A DNA stretch of 64,000 nt, taken from the NCBI GenBank assembly GCA_028534125.1, contig CM052817.1, positions 33,544,001 through 33,608,000 on the forward strand. Reading direction: 5' to 3'. The translations under genes were made by a program, and so were the position numbers. This document shows positions 26,532-40,618 of this stretch, piece by piece. This stretch comes from Lama glama (Eukaryota). The notes beneath the pieces were generated by a model. That model was not told the DNA's origin and did not search any database. It saw only the letters and a program-made list of their open reading frames with translations. The number at the start of each line of letters is the position of its first letter. Within the stretch, counting starts at the first letter, position 1.

Positions 26532-29500
26532 AAATAAAATTATGGGAAGATTAAGTAAATTACAATGTCCCAGCATAACAGAATATTAGGCAATTCTTAA
26601 AAATGAAGTTTGCAAACAACATGGTAAATACACATAATCTACTGCTAAGTAAAAAGAAAATACAAAAACTGTACCTATAACATGATCTCAAATGTAAAGG
26701 AAAAAACTTACATGATAGACCCTCAAGAGCACAATTCAATAGTATGCAAAAAAAGTCAAAAAAATTCATATCCTTTGATCTAGTAATTCTACTTCTAGAA
26801 ATGTATCAGAAGAAAATAATTACAGGTTTAATTCTGTATGGCACAGATATGTTAATGAGTAATCAAGTATTCTATAGTGTTATTTTGGTGAAGGAGTATT
26901 TGGTGAGGGACATTTTGTTTCATTTGTTGTTTCTAAAATAGGACCTATTTTTCAGAGATGTATAGTAAATGCTAAGTAAATACTTTAAAAATAACATCAA
27001 CGTAATTTTTTCTATTTGAATCTTTTATTTGGTTACTAACTAGGTATGTTATCACAAGTAAACAAGGGGTTTGGGGTTCACTAATCAATAGCTTTCCTGA
27101 ATGCGTGCTAACCTTTTCTATAGTTCTAGTCCATGTAATCCCCAGTTTTCTTTTTACTTTGATTTTTAATTCTTCTATGTTCCTTGTATCTCATATGGAT
27201 GTCTCTTACATTTCATTAATGCATTGTTATTTTGAATTAAAATGTTTCGTGAATTGTGCCCTTTAAATTACAGAAGTACAAGAATATGACGTCTTCAACT
27301 TTGTTTTGTTCGTGTTAATTTTCCTTGCTTCTGAGTTGCAGTGCTATTTTTAACAGTGAAAGTCTGAAAACAACAGAAATAAACTACAATTGTATTAAAT
27401 TAATTATGACGCATCAATTTGAAGAGATACTACACAGTCCAAAACCATATACACTAGAAAGTAGCCTAACTAGGAGCTTCCTACACTTTGGTGAATTAGA
27501 CCACAAATAGGTATCTGCTTTAAGAACAGCTAATCCCTGGGCTGGCTAGCAGCACATGGGATGGCAGGGCCCAACAGCCCTACTCAACTTAAACAACATT
27601 AACTAACTCAATCTAATCCTCTTTCTTGAGGTATCTGAATAAGAGGCAACAGTTTTTGGAAACATGAAGCTTAAACTGAAGCCAAGACATAGTAAAGTCA
27701 TGAATAAGTAGAAGTTATGAATAAACTAAAGCCAAAAGTAAGCAGAAACTATGAGACAGAGGGAAAAAGCAGTCTGCCAACTCTTGCTGCAACAGCAGAA
27801 GCTGGAACTGAGAGTAGGTAAATCCCTGTGACAGACCACTAGACCAAAGGACACAATCTGCTGAAAAAAATGACAGAATAAATTTCATAACCAAAGCTGC
27901 ATTCAGTTATTCAAAACAATAATAGTCCAGTCTCCTTGAAGCCTGGCAAAACAATGGCAAAGTTTCCTGTCTTCTTTAGTCTATGCATTTTTACAAAAAA
28001 CTTGCACTACTTAAGGCCCCCTAGGGTGTTCTATTCTTTGGAATCTATTAGAGCCAACGTTTCATACTATGTAAGAACCGGTAATGATATTGGCAAATGT
28101 TCCCAATATGTTAAACAAAAAATGTAGAGTAAAAAACACTTTGTAAGTATGGTCTTAACTTTTTAATAAAAATATTTACATATAAACAGAAAATCCAAGG
28201 CAATAATATTATGGGTGATGTTTCATTTTCATATTTTACATTTTCTAAAATTTCAGTAACATATATTACTATTTTAAACTAAAGATTACTAGGAAAAAGA
28301 TTTTAATAAGGACTAGAAATACACCAAAATATTAAATGATATTTTCCTCTTGGTGATTATAGATGGTTTATTTTCTGCTTCACTTGGAAGTACTACTTCC
28401 CAATTTTTAATAATCTTTATGTTTTTCATTATAATTAGAAAAATAATTAAACCTGAAGAAAAAAGTAGATGATTAAAGGGGTTTTGTTTTTTATTTTTAA
28501 GTGAGCCTAAGGAAATATGTGTGCAATTGACATGTCACATTTCAAGCCAATTCTGCTAGTTTTAAAGTATATTTTTGAGTACATTTTAAGGATTTTTAAA
28601 GTATATTTAAATATATATTAAGTATTTTGTAAAGAATTTTAAAAATAAATAGAAAAAAATTCCTAATTCCACAGTAGTAGAACCTCAGAATCTGAGAGCT
28701 AGAAAGGACCACAACTATCATTTAGCACAAACATTTAATTTTACAAATGAAGAAACTGATGCACAAAAGGCAAGTATCTTGGGTCTCATGGCTAATTAAT
28801 ACATAGGATCTAAGCTAGACCCTTATTCTCCAGAACCCAAGCTGGGGGCAACTTCTATTGCAGGACAATGCCTTCAATAATGTTCTCTGTAAGCACAGAA
28901 AACGTTTATCTCCTTGAACTAGAAACTGTAAAATTAGAAAATATTTGAAAATTGGAGGGAAAAAACTTTTCCATCAAACAGAAATTACAAAATTAAAACT
29001 AATACATAACAGATGTTCACATTCTCATATGGACCTAGGAAAAAAAAATCTGTTTTTGAGCTTTTCACGTTTGTACCTAAAATCCTAAACTACAGAATTT
29101 TGTTATAAATGCTTGTGTTGATGAATAACACAGAGAACGCTTCAGTTTGTTGCTTTAGTTCAATAAAATAAAAGCAATTAATCAAATAAGACTCATGAGT
29201 CGGACTGCTTGAATTGAAATCTTGACATGCCAATTTTCAGGTATGTCACTTTGAGCAAGTTAGTTACCTTTTTGAGCCTGTTTCCCTATTTACATACCAG
29301 GGATAATAAAAATGCCTAACTCATTAAATGAGTTCATATACATAAAGCACCAACAGTGCATAAACCCTGTATGTTTAACTGCTTTTATTACTATAAAACA
29401 ATGTAAATGTATGCTATATTTTTATTACGGTTGTCATCCTTCTAATAAAGTAGGCAATGTTGTCATTTAACATCCACTCTGGATAATGACAAATTAGAGA

Positions 29501-29885
29501 ATGTCCAGATCTCAATGACTTCACAAATATTCTTTTCAAACAGCTTAGCAAATAAAATAGCCAGTGATAAAACTGGCTAATGTCTAATGTTAACTGTCAA
29601 ATATTCCAACTTTCTGCCAAATTCTGCAAGGTCAGGGGGTAATGTGGAGGAAAAAGGGATCATAGAGTGGTGCTGAGTTCAGGAAAGTCAGGCAACATTA
29701 AATAGCTGTAGCAAATATGGGCAATCATGAGGCCAGGAATCCAAGCAAGTAAGACAAAGGTTGAAAAGCACAAAGAAGTTATTGTGGTGAAAACAGAAGA
29801 GCAACCAAATGGAGAGACAGAATGTCTGAATTCTAATCCTGGTTCTGACAGCAACTAGGTATATTATCTCAGGAAAGCAAATCTC

Positions 29886-30498
29886 AAGACAGCTTACAAA
29901 ATGAAAGAAAATATTCGCAAAGGATGAGACTGACAAGGGATTAATTTACAAAATACACAAATAGCTTATACAGCTCAATATAAAACAACAACAACAACAA
30001 ACAACTCAGGCAAAAAATGGGCAGAAGACCTAAATAGACATTTCTCCAAAGAAGACATACAGATGGCCAGTAAGCATATGAAAAGATGCTCAACAACGCT
30101 CATTATTAGAGAAATGCAAATCAAAACTACAATGAGGTTTATTACCTTACACTGGCCAGAATGACCATCATCAGAAAGTCTCCAAATAATAAAAGCTGGA
30201 GAGGGTGTGGAGAAAAGGGAACCTCTTAAACTGTTGGTAGGAATGTGAATTGGTGCTGCCACTGTGGAAAACAGTATAGAGATTCCTTAAAAAACTAAAA
30301 GTACAGTTATCATATAATCCAGCAATCCCACACCTGGACATATATCCAGAAAAGATGAAAACAAATTCTAAAAGATACATGCACCCTAATGTTCCTAGCA
30401 GCACTATTTACAACAGCCAAGACATAGAACCGTGGAAGCAACCTAAATGTCCATCGACAGATGAATTGATAAAGATGTGGTGTCCATACATGCAAGTG

Positions 30499-30541
<43 letters not shown>

Positions 30542-31040
30542 GAACACTACTCAGCCATAAAAAAGGAATGAAATAATGCCATTTGCAGCAACATGGATGG
30601 AACTATAGATTATCATACTAAGTGAAACAAGTCAGAGAAAGACAATAAATATCATATGATATCACTTATATGTGAAATCTAAAATAATGACACAAATGAA
30701 CTTATTCACAAAATAGAAAGACTCACAGACATAGAAAACAAACTTATGGTTTCCAAAGGTGCAAGTGGTAGGGGCATATATTAGGAATTTGGGATTAACA
30801 GATAACAGTACTATATATAAAATAGATAAACAAAAGGACCTCCTGTATAGTACAGGGAACTATATTCAGTATCTTGCAATAATCTATAATGGGGGTAAAA
30901 GAATCTGGAAAAGAATATATATATATATATATACATATATATGTATATATATATATATATATATGTATAACTGAATCACTTTGCTGTACATCTGAAACAC
31001 TGTAAATCAACTATATGTCAATAAAATGAAAAAAAAAAAC
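29886..31040 (+). mobile_element. Lineage-level 5'-truncated L1 (ORF2 end, 3'UTR, poly-A) inserted in a MIR; contains (CG)(CA)n and (TA)n microsatellites
   Basis: aaaaatgggcagaagacctaaatagacatttctccaaagaagacatacagatggcc...; poly-A to about 31039; TSD agcaaatctc at 29876-29885 and 31041-31050. Confidence 0.92.
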
Positions 31041-31309
31041 AGCAAATCTCCTTTCTGGCTTTATTTGTCTTACGTAAGACAACCTGCTTCTCAGGCTATT
31101 TATGGCCCAAAGGTCAAACACAACCCCAAAGTTTTTAAGAAAAAAAAATAGCAAGGCTTTCTGGGTTCACATTTTATAGGTGGAACAGCTGCTGCAAAAT
31201 AGGGAGAATGTTTTAAAACTTTATTCTTCTCAAAAAAGTGAGTTTCCCTCTTTGCAAGGGAAGGTTGTCTAAAGTTTGTAGACTTTATCAAGTCTGGTTC
31301 ACCTCAAGT

Positions 31310-32060
31310 TCTAACAGAGGAAACACTATGAAAGAAGAAAAAGCACAGAGTAAGGGAAAGGTAGATGAGTTTTAAGTAGAAAGGAGGGTAGGGCTCAAGA
31401 CAACTATGAAAGATATGAAGAAAGTGAAGGAACTAGCCATTTTGATATCTAGGGGGAATAGCCCAGAAAGTGGAACCAGCCAGTGCAAAAGCCCTAAGCC
31501 AGGAGTGTGCCTAGAACAATTCAAGGAACGGAAAGGAAACTAGTGTGACTAAAATGGGATGAACAAGTGAAAGAATGATAGAAAAGAAATCAGAGAACTA
31601 ATGATGGGCCAGATCAGGTAGGTTCTTGAAGACTATTAAAAGGAACTTTTAACTCTGGAGATGGGGAGCTTTGGGAAGTCTGGATGCAGAAGAGACATGA
31701 TCTGATTTATGTGGCAGATGTACCAAAAAGATTGTAAAGCTTGAAAGGCAAAGGGGGGAGCAAGAAGAAGAAAAGTATTAAGTGTAACACAGAAAGAGAC
31801 ACCAGCAGTCGAGATGGTAAAAAGTGGTCAGATTTTGAATATATTTTGAAGATAGCGCCGATGGATTGATTTCTTGACAGATTAGATGCAGTGAAAGAGA
31901 AAGAGGGACATCAAGGATATGCCAAAGATCTTTTAGTCTAAGCAAATAAGATGCCAGATCTGCCATCAATTAAGAATCGGGAAGGCTGCATTTGTAGCTG
32001 ATTTGGGGGGGAAGATTATAAGTTCAGTTTTGGATATTTTGGACTCTGAGACACTCAATC
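31310..32060 (-). mobile_element. L2 fragment
   Basis: agccagtgcaaaagccctaagccaggagtgtgcctag...ggtcagattttgaatatattttgaagatag...agttcagttttggatat. Confidence 0.75.
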
Positions 32061-33719
32061 TGTACAAATCTATGGGCTTGGAGAATCTTATCTTCCCGTT
32101 GATATAACACCTCTGAACATATGAACCTGAAATTTCAGATTCAATGTGAACACATGGGTTATGCAGAGGGTGAGTGAAGATGGCACGTATTTCCTAATGC
32201 TGAACTCTGAGTTCAATGGAATTAGCTTTTCAGCTATCTGGGGAGATGAAGTCATAACCACAGATGAAATTGACAGATTTTAATGCATAAAAATCACACT
32301 TTAAATTTATCTGGCTGCCTTAATATACACATGAATATCAATGTGGCTCATAGAGGGATAGAACTGAAAGTGTACTATGTCTACTCAGAAGATACAGAAT
32401 CCCTGGAGTTGGAGACATATATGAGTCTCAGAATAAGTCTAAAAATTTTAACTGTGTGACCAAATTCTGAACATTTGGGTTCAGTCAGCTCTGTGAAAAT
32501 ATAATCTCTTCATAAACTAGGGAAATCAAAAACTTGTTTAAATTATGTACTACATTCACTCTATCATAAACCTTATCATTATATACAGCTCTATAATAGA
32601 ATAGCATTAGAATTTTACTAATTTTCAATTATTAAGATTTTATTTTCAAATATTAACAGTTAATAACACATGTTGTTAAATAGTGAAAGCTATGCAAATA
32701 TATACTGGTTAAACTTCATGGTATTAACGTCTGATTGTATAGGGATTCAACTAATCCAACTCAACTACTTTAAATTATCTTCACCAGACTAAGGAAAAAA
32801 AAATTTCTGTATCTAATTTATATACATTTTGGGATAATCTTCATACTTGTATAAATATTATGAGCAACACAATGGTGATAAATTATGTTCATTTCAGAAA
32901 TCATATATACTTGAATTGGTTTATAGACTACCAAAATATCAATTTCAAGTAACATTTACAATTAAATAGTTTAGAAAGAGCAGAGGAAGAAGGCTGGGTA
33001 AATAGGAATTCCTTCACTGGACTAACCAAGGACTCTATTGTAATTAAAATGCAAGATCAAAGAGAATAAAACAAGGAGCTCTAGCAGGAAGCAGATAGAT
33101 ACAGACAAAACAGATGGGCAGACGGAGATACACACATATATACACATTCACTTCTTATCAGTCAAAAAAGCAAAAGTAAGTTAACCCAAATTCCAACCAA
33201 CTCTACCCTAAGTAAACTTCATTTACTAGATGCAGGATGGAAAACAGCTTAAGAAGAAAATCATTTTTCCAGATCTTTGTGAGAAAACTTCAGCCCTTAT
33301 ACATACAGTTAAGTTTTAAGAGTAAAGATGCAAAAAGCACAAATCTCTTCCTAAAATCTAAAGCGCAGACCATTGTCAAACACCACACATCTTGTAGCTA
33401 AAGTGTACAAAGGTCCTCACTTCAAAACCTACGATCTTGTGGGAAAGCCCTTCTCCACTTCCAGCTCATGCTGTTCTCCTGGCATACTAGCTGCCCTGTG
33501 GCAAGAGAACAGGAAATGCAGGTATGTCATCAAGGCAGTGTCCAGTCAATAGTAAGGGCAGCCACAGTTGTTCGACCTCAGCCTCCACAAAGCCAAAACA
33601 AAAACAAAAACAAACACAAACAAAAAAACCCCACAACTGGGGAATGAGATGGCAAAATTTTCATAGGAAAATTGGGAAATTTGATGGCTTACAGGCAGAA
33701 CTGTAATATCTCCATTATC

Positions 33720-34145
33720 TAAAGTCCATCACCCTAGATCAAGCCACTATCATCTCATCTGTACTATTCCAATAGCCTCCCAACTAGTACTCTCCCCAGT
33801 TTCACTCTAATCTCTATACAATCCTTTCTGGTCTCTACTGAGCTCACCAACCTCATTTCAAGGCACTGTCTCCTTTGTTTGTGCCTTAGTTCTCCAGACC
33901 TGTAGCGCTTTTCACAGGACTCTTTCAATGTTCCTAAATGTTACCTTCTCAGAGAGGTTCTCCCTGATCCCATTAGTTTCTATCACAGAATCGAATGAGC
34001 TCCTTCATAGCAATTTTCTCAGACATAATTTGTCTATTGGCTGTAAGTTCTACAAGGGCAGAGGAACTACGTGTGTTTCATTCAAAACCATATACTTACA
34101 GCCTCACATAATACTTAGCATAAAATTTAATAAATATTTGTTAAA
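33720..34145 (+). mobile_element. L2 3' fragment
   Basis: caagccactatcatctcatctgtactattccaatagcctcc...ttaccttctcagagagg...aataaatatttgttaaat. Confidence 0.6.
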
Positions 34146-37100
34146 TTACTTATCAAGAAACGTCAGTAAGACAGTTGATAATGAAAGATTAATCAAAAAT
34201 ACCTTGAGGAAACAAGTAACTTAAAACTCAAGTATTAACATTCAAATATCTAAATCCCAGCACTCAGAATCAACTTCTCTTTATACATCATTCTAATAAG
34301 ACTGGTTGTCTCATTTCCAACCTACAGCTGATCAACTAGGAGGAAAAGAAGGTAAACAAAGCAAAAGCTGTCACATGTGAAATTCAAAGAAAGCACCATT
34401 TTAAGACCCTCAAACCACAAAATACCTCAACAGCCTTTAAGAACATCACTGTGTAACAATCTGATATCTGCTTTTGAGTAAACGTTTCCTCAATCAGATA
34501 ATTCTGATTTATGCTCAGGATCTCCTTTTAAAGCAGGAATGTATATGTCACCTTTTAGACTTATTTCCAAGAAAACGGTAAAGATTAACCAAAAAAAATG
34601 TATGAAGGGATAAACAACAAAAAGTGGTAAGCAATAATTTGCTGAGTGCCTACTATGGGTCCAAGTCATCAGATAAATTATTTGACTCTGACACCTAATC
34701 TCTGAGGTAGATACCCCTTTAGCAGATGAGAAAACTAAAGTTCTGAAGGATTAATGGTTACAGTTAGAAAGTTTCTGAGAACTGAAATTAGCTTGACATC
34801 AAAGACCATGCTCTTTCCACAGTACCATCCATTGCTTTCCAAATGTGTTTGATATGAGAATCACCTAAGCTCTTACTTAAAATAAAAATTCCTAGACTCT
34901 TCCCATAAAGATTCTGACTGAGGATGAATCGGATAAAAATTTATAATGTATATATATATTTTTAAATATCTTTAGTGATTCTGGTAACCAGGTAAATTTA
35001 AGAAATCTTGTACTGGGATTAAGCTAGACTACATGAACATGGAAACACTGGCATAAGATCTGACTTTATAAATGGATTCTGAAACAAATCATGAAACGCA
35101 CCAACAAATCTTACACAGAAAATACTAGAGTAAGGGTACCTAACCGCATTTGTTGCTACATGTTATATTTAAAAGCTTAATTTTATTAAGAGTGAAATCT
35201 TAAGTAGCTTTATAGTAGATTAGAAAGCTAAGCCAGACATAGACACTATAGAGACTTAAAAGATTCCCTTCTGAGTATATAGTTGGTCTAATATACTGGG
35301 CGTTTAAACTGTTAGGAATATAAACTCAAGTTGGAATTCAAGAGCTGCTCTCAAAAACACTATTCTTTAGAGCAATATTGTTATGAGTAACATGATTTAG
35401 AATAATAGTAGTATTTGATTATTTACCATTGTAAACAATTTCATATAATTTACTCTCCATCATTTAGTCTCTGTATTCCACTTAGCTAGTCACATAAAAT
35501 TTTAAGTATTAGTTAATTTCACATCTGTTAGCAGGCAGAAATCCCACACTAAACTGGACTGAAATGTCCTGTGAATTTCAAATTCAAATATAGCAAAATT
35601 TGGAAACTTCAGTTTACTGTTCTGATAAGGTCCAAAGATGTATACAATTACCTCATTTATTTAGAGAACATTTCAGGACCCATAATATTCCAGACATTAT
35701 ATTAAGTAGTGGACAAATAAAGACCAATAAGCATAATTCCTGTCCTCAAAGAACTACACAGCTTTATGGAGAAATATGAGTAAGTTCTTCAAAAATGTCA
35801 AAACAAAGTTTAATCTTTTAAAAATGGAATGACTACACTGGGTGGAGCAAAGGAGATGGGAGTTATGAAGTTTTGAAAAAGTATTTAATTGAAGTGAATC
35901 TGTTATTCGGGCAAATCATGTTCATGTCTCTTATTGCTTAACCACAGCCTCTAGGAGCAGTCTTGAAATAAGGACAGTTCAGGACAGACAATTTTTTTTT
36001 TAACTCTACCATTTGAAAGTTCAATAAATACTAAAGTGTTTCTGTGCCATTTCCTATGCAAAGACCCTATTGTATTCCAAAATGTTTCCAGATTCTTTCA
36101 TTTCAAGTCACGTTTCTAAATCTTTCAATTTTCCACAGCATACCTGAGATGAAGACAAAGAGAACGATGTTCCACAGCCATTGATAAAAACTGGTGCTGA
36201 AGGATAAGGAATTATTTGTGGAGATGTGAAGATTATACCTTAGAAGAAGTACTCAAAGATATGATAATTTAGTGAAATCAGAAGAGAATAGCATTAGAAA
36301 CAAACCTCAGTAAAAATAAGTTGGCTTTAAGACAGGGCTGAAGTCAGAAGTCAAAGATTATGCATGCCCTAGGAAAGCTCCAAGTCTGATTCTGATTTAG
36401 GAGGGCACGAAGTGAGACAGAAGCAAATAATGTCAGTTATAATGATGAATTAGCTAGGAAATACTGGCCTAAAACTAGCTTTAAATTCTAATTTTTAGAT
36501 TAACATATCACTATCATCATTCTGAAAAATTAGTCTTCAAACAAGAGTCATTATATTTTGCACAAATTATGAGGGGCAAAGAGTGCTATAATTTAAAAAT
36601 ATTAACCAATCTGGCCAAAACCACCTAATAATCACTTTATTTCTCATCTTCATTACATAATAAGAAATACACATACTCACAGACACACATAGGAAATCTA
36701 CTCTTAATTTAAGTGTGAGCTCTAGAGTTTTAAATTACATGTACATAAATATTATGCAATAATAGGAACTTATCATTCCCTCTCTTCCTTCAATACCACT
36801 TTTCCTCAAACTATTCTTCTGCACAAGATCTCTCCCTGTTGGAGCTGCCACCTTGTTCCATATTGCTACATACAAATCTAACTACGAAGGAAATTATTAT
36901 ATTCATCGAGAACAATATCAGGAAAGAATACTGATCATGATGGAAGTACAAAGTATAAGTCTGATTTGGGGTCACTATGAAAATATTTTATTAAAAACCA
37001 CACTTAAAGCAGATTTTATTAGGGCAACTTAAACATTTTAGATCCAATTTTATGTCCCCCAAATCTATATCCCAAAAGTAACCAAGACCTGATTGTGTAG

Positions 37101-38189
37101 CAGTAAATAGAAGGTAACTTACTTTCTCACATTACTATAATGACATGCCAAATTATGCCCTATGAGAATATAATGATTTCTAAAATAAAATAAGAGTAAT
37201 ATTATGATATATTAAAATAGAGGGGGAAAAGACTAGAAATTTTCAACCATAAAGGTCTACTCAAAAGTAAAATTTGTGAAAATCCATGTGGATGAACCTA
37301 TATCTTTTCAGACTGATCTGGATGACAGATGATTCAGTTTACATCATAATTTACTTTCAAATTGGTAAGGGGAAACTGCTCTGAACAGCTCCTTAATTTA
37401 AAAAAAAAACAAGTGTGGGTGGTGGAGGAGTGGGAGGGTAGGGCAGTGGCAGTGATAAGCTTAACCAGTTTGTTTTAATAGCTCTTTTCATTTATACTTA
37501 AAAGAAAGAAAAACTGAACATGCTCAACAGGTATAGCAACCCATAAGCACCAATTTCAAAACCCTTTATAGGTGTTAACTGGGGTCCTATTAGCATTAGT
37601 ATGACTGTGAATTATGTATGACAGAGTCATGTAAAAAAAAAAAGTTTTGTATTACTATACTTAACTATGTCACCACAAAACAGGCTTAGGTTTTCAATGC
37701 AGAAAGATTCTTATCAATTCTCATCAAAATATTTCTCACAACAATTTAACCTCATACAAGTCATCTAGCAATAGAAAAACAAGGCTAAAGTGAATTACTA
37801 TTAGGTTTGAAAATAGCAGTTCAGATTTCTTAGCACTGTGCTTTATACCTATGTTTCTCAAAGTAGAACACTATATGTGTGGATGATAATTAATGAAGGC
37901 TAATATTTAGTAAGCACAGTACCACACAATGTGATGAAGTCTTTGCATGTATTGTCTCATTTAATCCCTAACAATCTTAAAAGTTAGAAACTATAACTAT
38001 CCCTATCTTAAATAAAGAGACATAGATAAATAATTTACCCAAGAAGTGGCAGAGGGTAGATCTGAACCCAGAGCTTAGAACCAAGGCAACAGGAAAGAAA
38101 GGGAAGATGCTGAGGGAGACCACAGAAACATCAGCTCCCCATGTAGAAAGGCATACTCCTTACTGGTGGCAGTTCCTCTTATACTCTGG

Positions 38190-38376
38190 AATAGTGGTTT
38201 TCAGTCCTGGATACATATTTGAATCATCTGTAGAACTTTTCAAAAAAAGTATCCAAGCCTGGGACCCTCACTCAGATACTTGGCTTTCAATTGCCTGGCC
38301 TGGGGTAAAGACAAGGATATGTATTTTTTTAAGTTCTCCAGGTGATTCTAATGGGCAACTAAGTGAGAACCACCTG
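38190..38376. mobile_element. MER5-type hAT MITE (a second degenerate copy at about 34830-35010)
   Basis: tagtggttttcagtcctgg...gaatcatctgtagaactttt...aagttctccaggtgattctaatg...gagaaccac. Confidence 0.7.
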
Positions 38377-39661
38377 TTAACCTCTCCCACCTTGTTAGCC
38401 TCTCTAAGTAGCCAACTAAAATCAAATTTACTAATCACCTATTTGGTTCTGAGCACTTCACCTATTACACTTTCCATTATGCCCAACAAAGTACCTAGCT
38501 TTCCTTTTCCCTAAACAGAGGAAACACTACAACCATAGCTGCACCTTTTAAAATAAAATCTTGCTAGCTTTTCTTTGATATGAAGAATATAAGGGGAAGA
38601 GTGGGCAGATACCATGATAAATTTTGAAAATTTCTTCTTTAAGCACCCATACACTCCTTAGGTTTAAAATAATGTAAAAAGGTCCTAACAGTCAAACAAA
38701 ACTTAAATGGCAGGCTATGAGACTTAAAAGTTTCTGTGATATATGTTAAAGAAAGATTTAATATCCATAATATTTGGTTATATTTCTTAATTCTGCTGGT
38801 GGTAACAGTTAAAATACTAAGTAACTGTTATTGTGGTGATAAATTCCGTTGTCTTCCCATGGCACTGTGACAGTGATAATGCAGTGTTTTTATCCTGTTA
38901 AGTCACCTGAACATAAACTAACAGGTGCTAAAGAAATCAAAGCATTACATAAGCATATCCAAACAACAATATGGCTGGTCATATCACGTATTGAGAAATG
39001 CAAGGATTTTGCTGACTATCTTATATGAGAAGTCCTACTGTTTCACTAAAAGTTATTCACTGCACATCCTACTCACCCTGTACCAAAAACATAATGAAAA
39101 GTGTTCCAGACAGTCTCAGACTTGCTGGCCTTTTGTTTTACTAAAAAGGTGAAGTGTGGATATATCTGACAAGCATGAAGTTTGATCTATGACTTGAACA
39201 AGAGATCTAAAATGAAAAAGAGTATAAATACTTAAAGTGGTACAAAACTCTGGACTTCTCAAAAACATTACAAAACTTCCTGCTTCCGGACAGCTCATTA
39301 TTTGGTTCAAGTCCTCACATTCCTTTATTAGTCATGACCTTTCAGAAAGCTCTCCTTCCTTATTGTTTGAATAATATCGGACTTTCAAATGTTGCCAGTT
39401 GGACTAACAGGAACCCTTATCAAACGAAGAAGCCATCCCAGAGTTCATGTCCAAAGGCGGGACTTAGGTTACAGAGAACCCTCAGTAACCTGAGCAGTGT
39501 TTGTCCATCACGTAGATTTTTCTTAAATTATCTGTAAACATAATCGTTCCGCATCATAAATATATATGTTCATCTATACATTTTTATCATATGCAATTAC
39601 AGGAACTTGCATTAGTTCCACAGGAACTGATTCTGCAAGAAATTGTGGAGACCGGTGGGGA

Positions 39662-39842
39662 TGTGTGAAATCGACACAACGACAGTGAACCACTCACTAC
39701 CGATTGTCACTGGGGTCTCACTCGGCCCAGATGTGGCCTCTGAGCCGTATGGTGTGTGAAATCGACACAACGACAGTGAACCACTCACTACCGATTGTCA
39801 CTGGGGTCTCACTCGGCCCAGATGTGGCCTCTGAGCCGTATG
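39662..39842. repeat. Perfect tandem duplication, 2 x 90 bp (period 91)
   Basis: 39662-39751 and 39753-39842 are identical (tgtgtgaaatcgacacaac...ctgagccgtatg), separated by one base. Confidence 0.95.
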
Positions 39843-40250
39843 TCACTAGGCTCAAAGGCACAGCCGAGGAGACAGAAGCACAGGGTAACTGGAAGAGAAA
39901 ACAAGGGGGAGGCGCCTCATAAAATACGTGTGTTTGCAGCCCGAAGCTGAAGGGGTGGCCGGAAGGGCAGACCCTAAAGAATAACCTTCCCTTCTGGGAT
40001 CCGCCACAGCACCCAGGCCCGCAGGGCCTGCTAAGAGGGGTGTGTAGGGGAGTTAGGGCAGTGCCTGTCCCCACTTCGGGGACAGACAAATGAAAATCAA
40101 GCAAGTTCTCACTTCCTGGTCGCCTACTCTGCCCACAGGCCTCCGACACAAGACGGACACCGAGGAGAGAGGGCCCCCGCGGAGCCAGGGGGCCCGCCCA
40201 GCCCTGCACCTCCCGTCCTCGCCCTCGCCCTCGCCCTCCTCCGGCCTTAC

Positions 40251-40369
40251 ACGGTGACGTGACCGGAGCCGCGGACCACCACCGGGTCCGGCGAGTACTT
40301 GAGCAGCTGCTCCTCCAGGGCCCGCTCCTCGTCCTCCTCCTCCTCGTAGATCTCGTCGAAATCCGCCAT
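40251..40369 (-). CDS. CHIC2: CHIC2 (cysteine-rich hydrophobic domain 2) coding exon 1
   Basis: Minus strand from ATG at 40369 (context AGGATGG) reads MADFDEIYEEEEDEERALEEQLLKYSPDPVVVRGSGHVT plus GT, then a GTAAGG donor. This matches the mammalian CHIC2 N-terminus as I know it. 119 nt, phase 2. Confidence 0.97.
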
Positions 40370-40618
40370 CCTGAACCGCCGAGGCCCCCTTCCCGAAGGG
40401 GCCTGACTCCAGTGGGGCTGGGGGCCGGGATACGGGCTGGCGAGGCGACGGAGGCTGAGGGGAATCGCTGCCGCGAGCTCAGAGGCCGTGGAGTTCGCTC
40501 TGGGCTGTCTCGGCTTCGGCTACAGAGGAGATGGGGTCCTGGCCGCCGCCGCCGCCATTACCGTCAGCAATAACAACACAATGTCAACATCCGCCCAAGG
40601 GCCGACACCTCCACCAGC

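Noticed and set aside
29975..31010. Cluster of short ORFs on both strands
   Set aside because: All lie within an L1 3' fragment and its microsatellites.
38107..38514. 135-aa plus-strand ORF in intron 1
   Set aside because: Runs through a MER5 element, is antisense to CHIC2 and resembles no known protein.
39662..39842. CRISPR-like or other prokaryotic repeat array
   Set aside because: Only two adjacent 90-bp copies with no spacers, in a mammalian intron.
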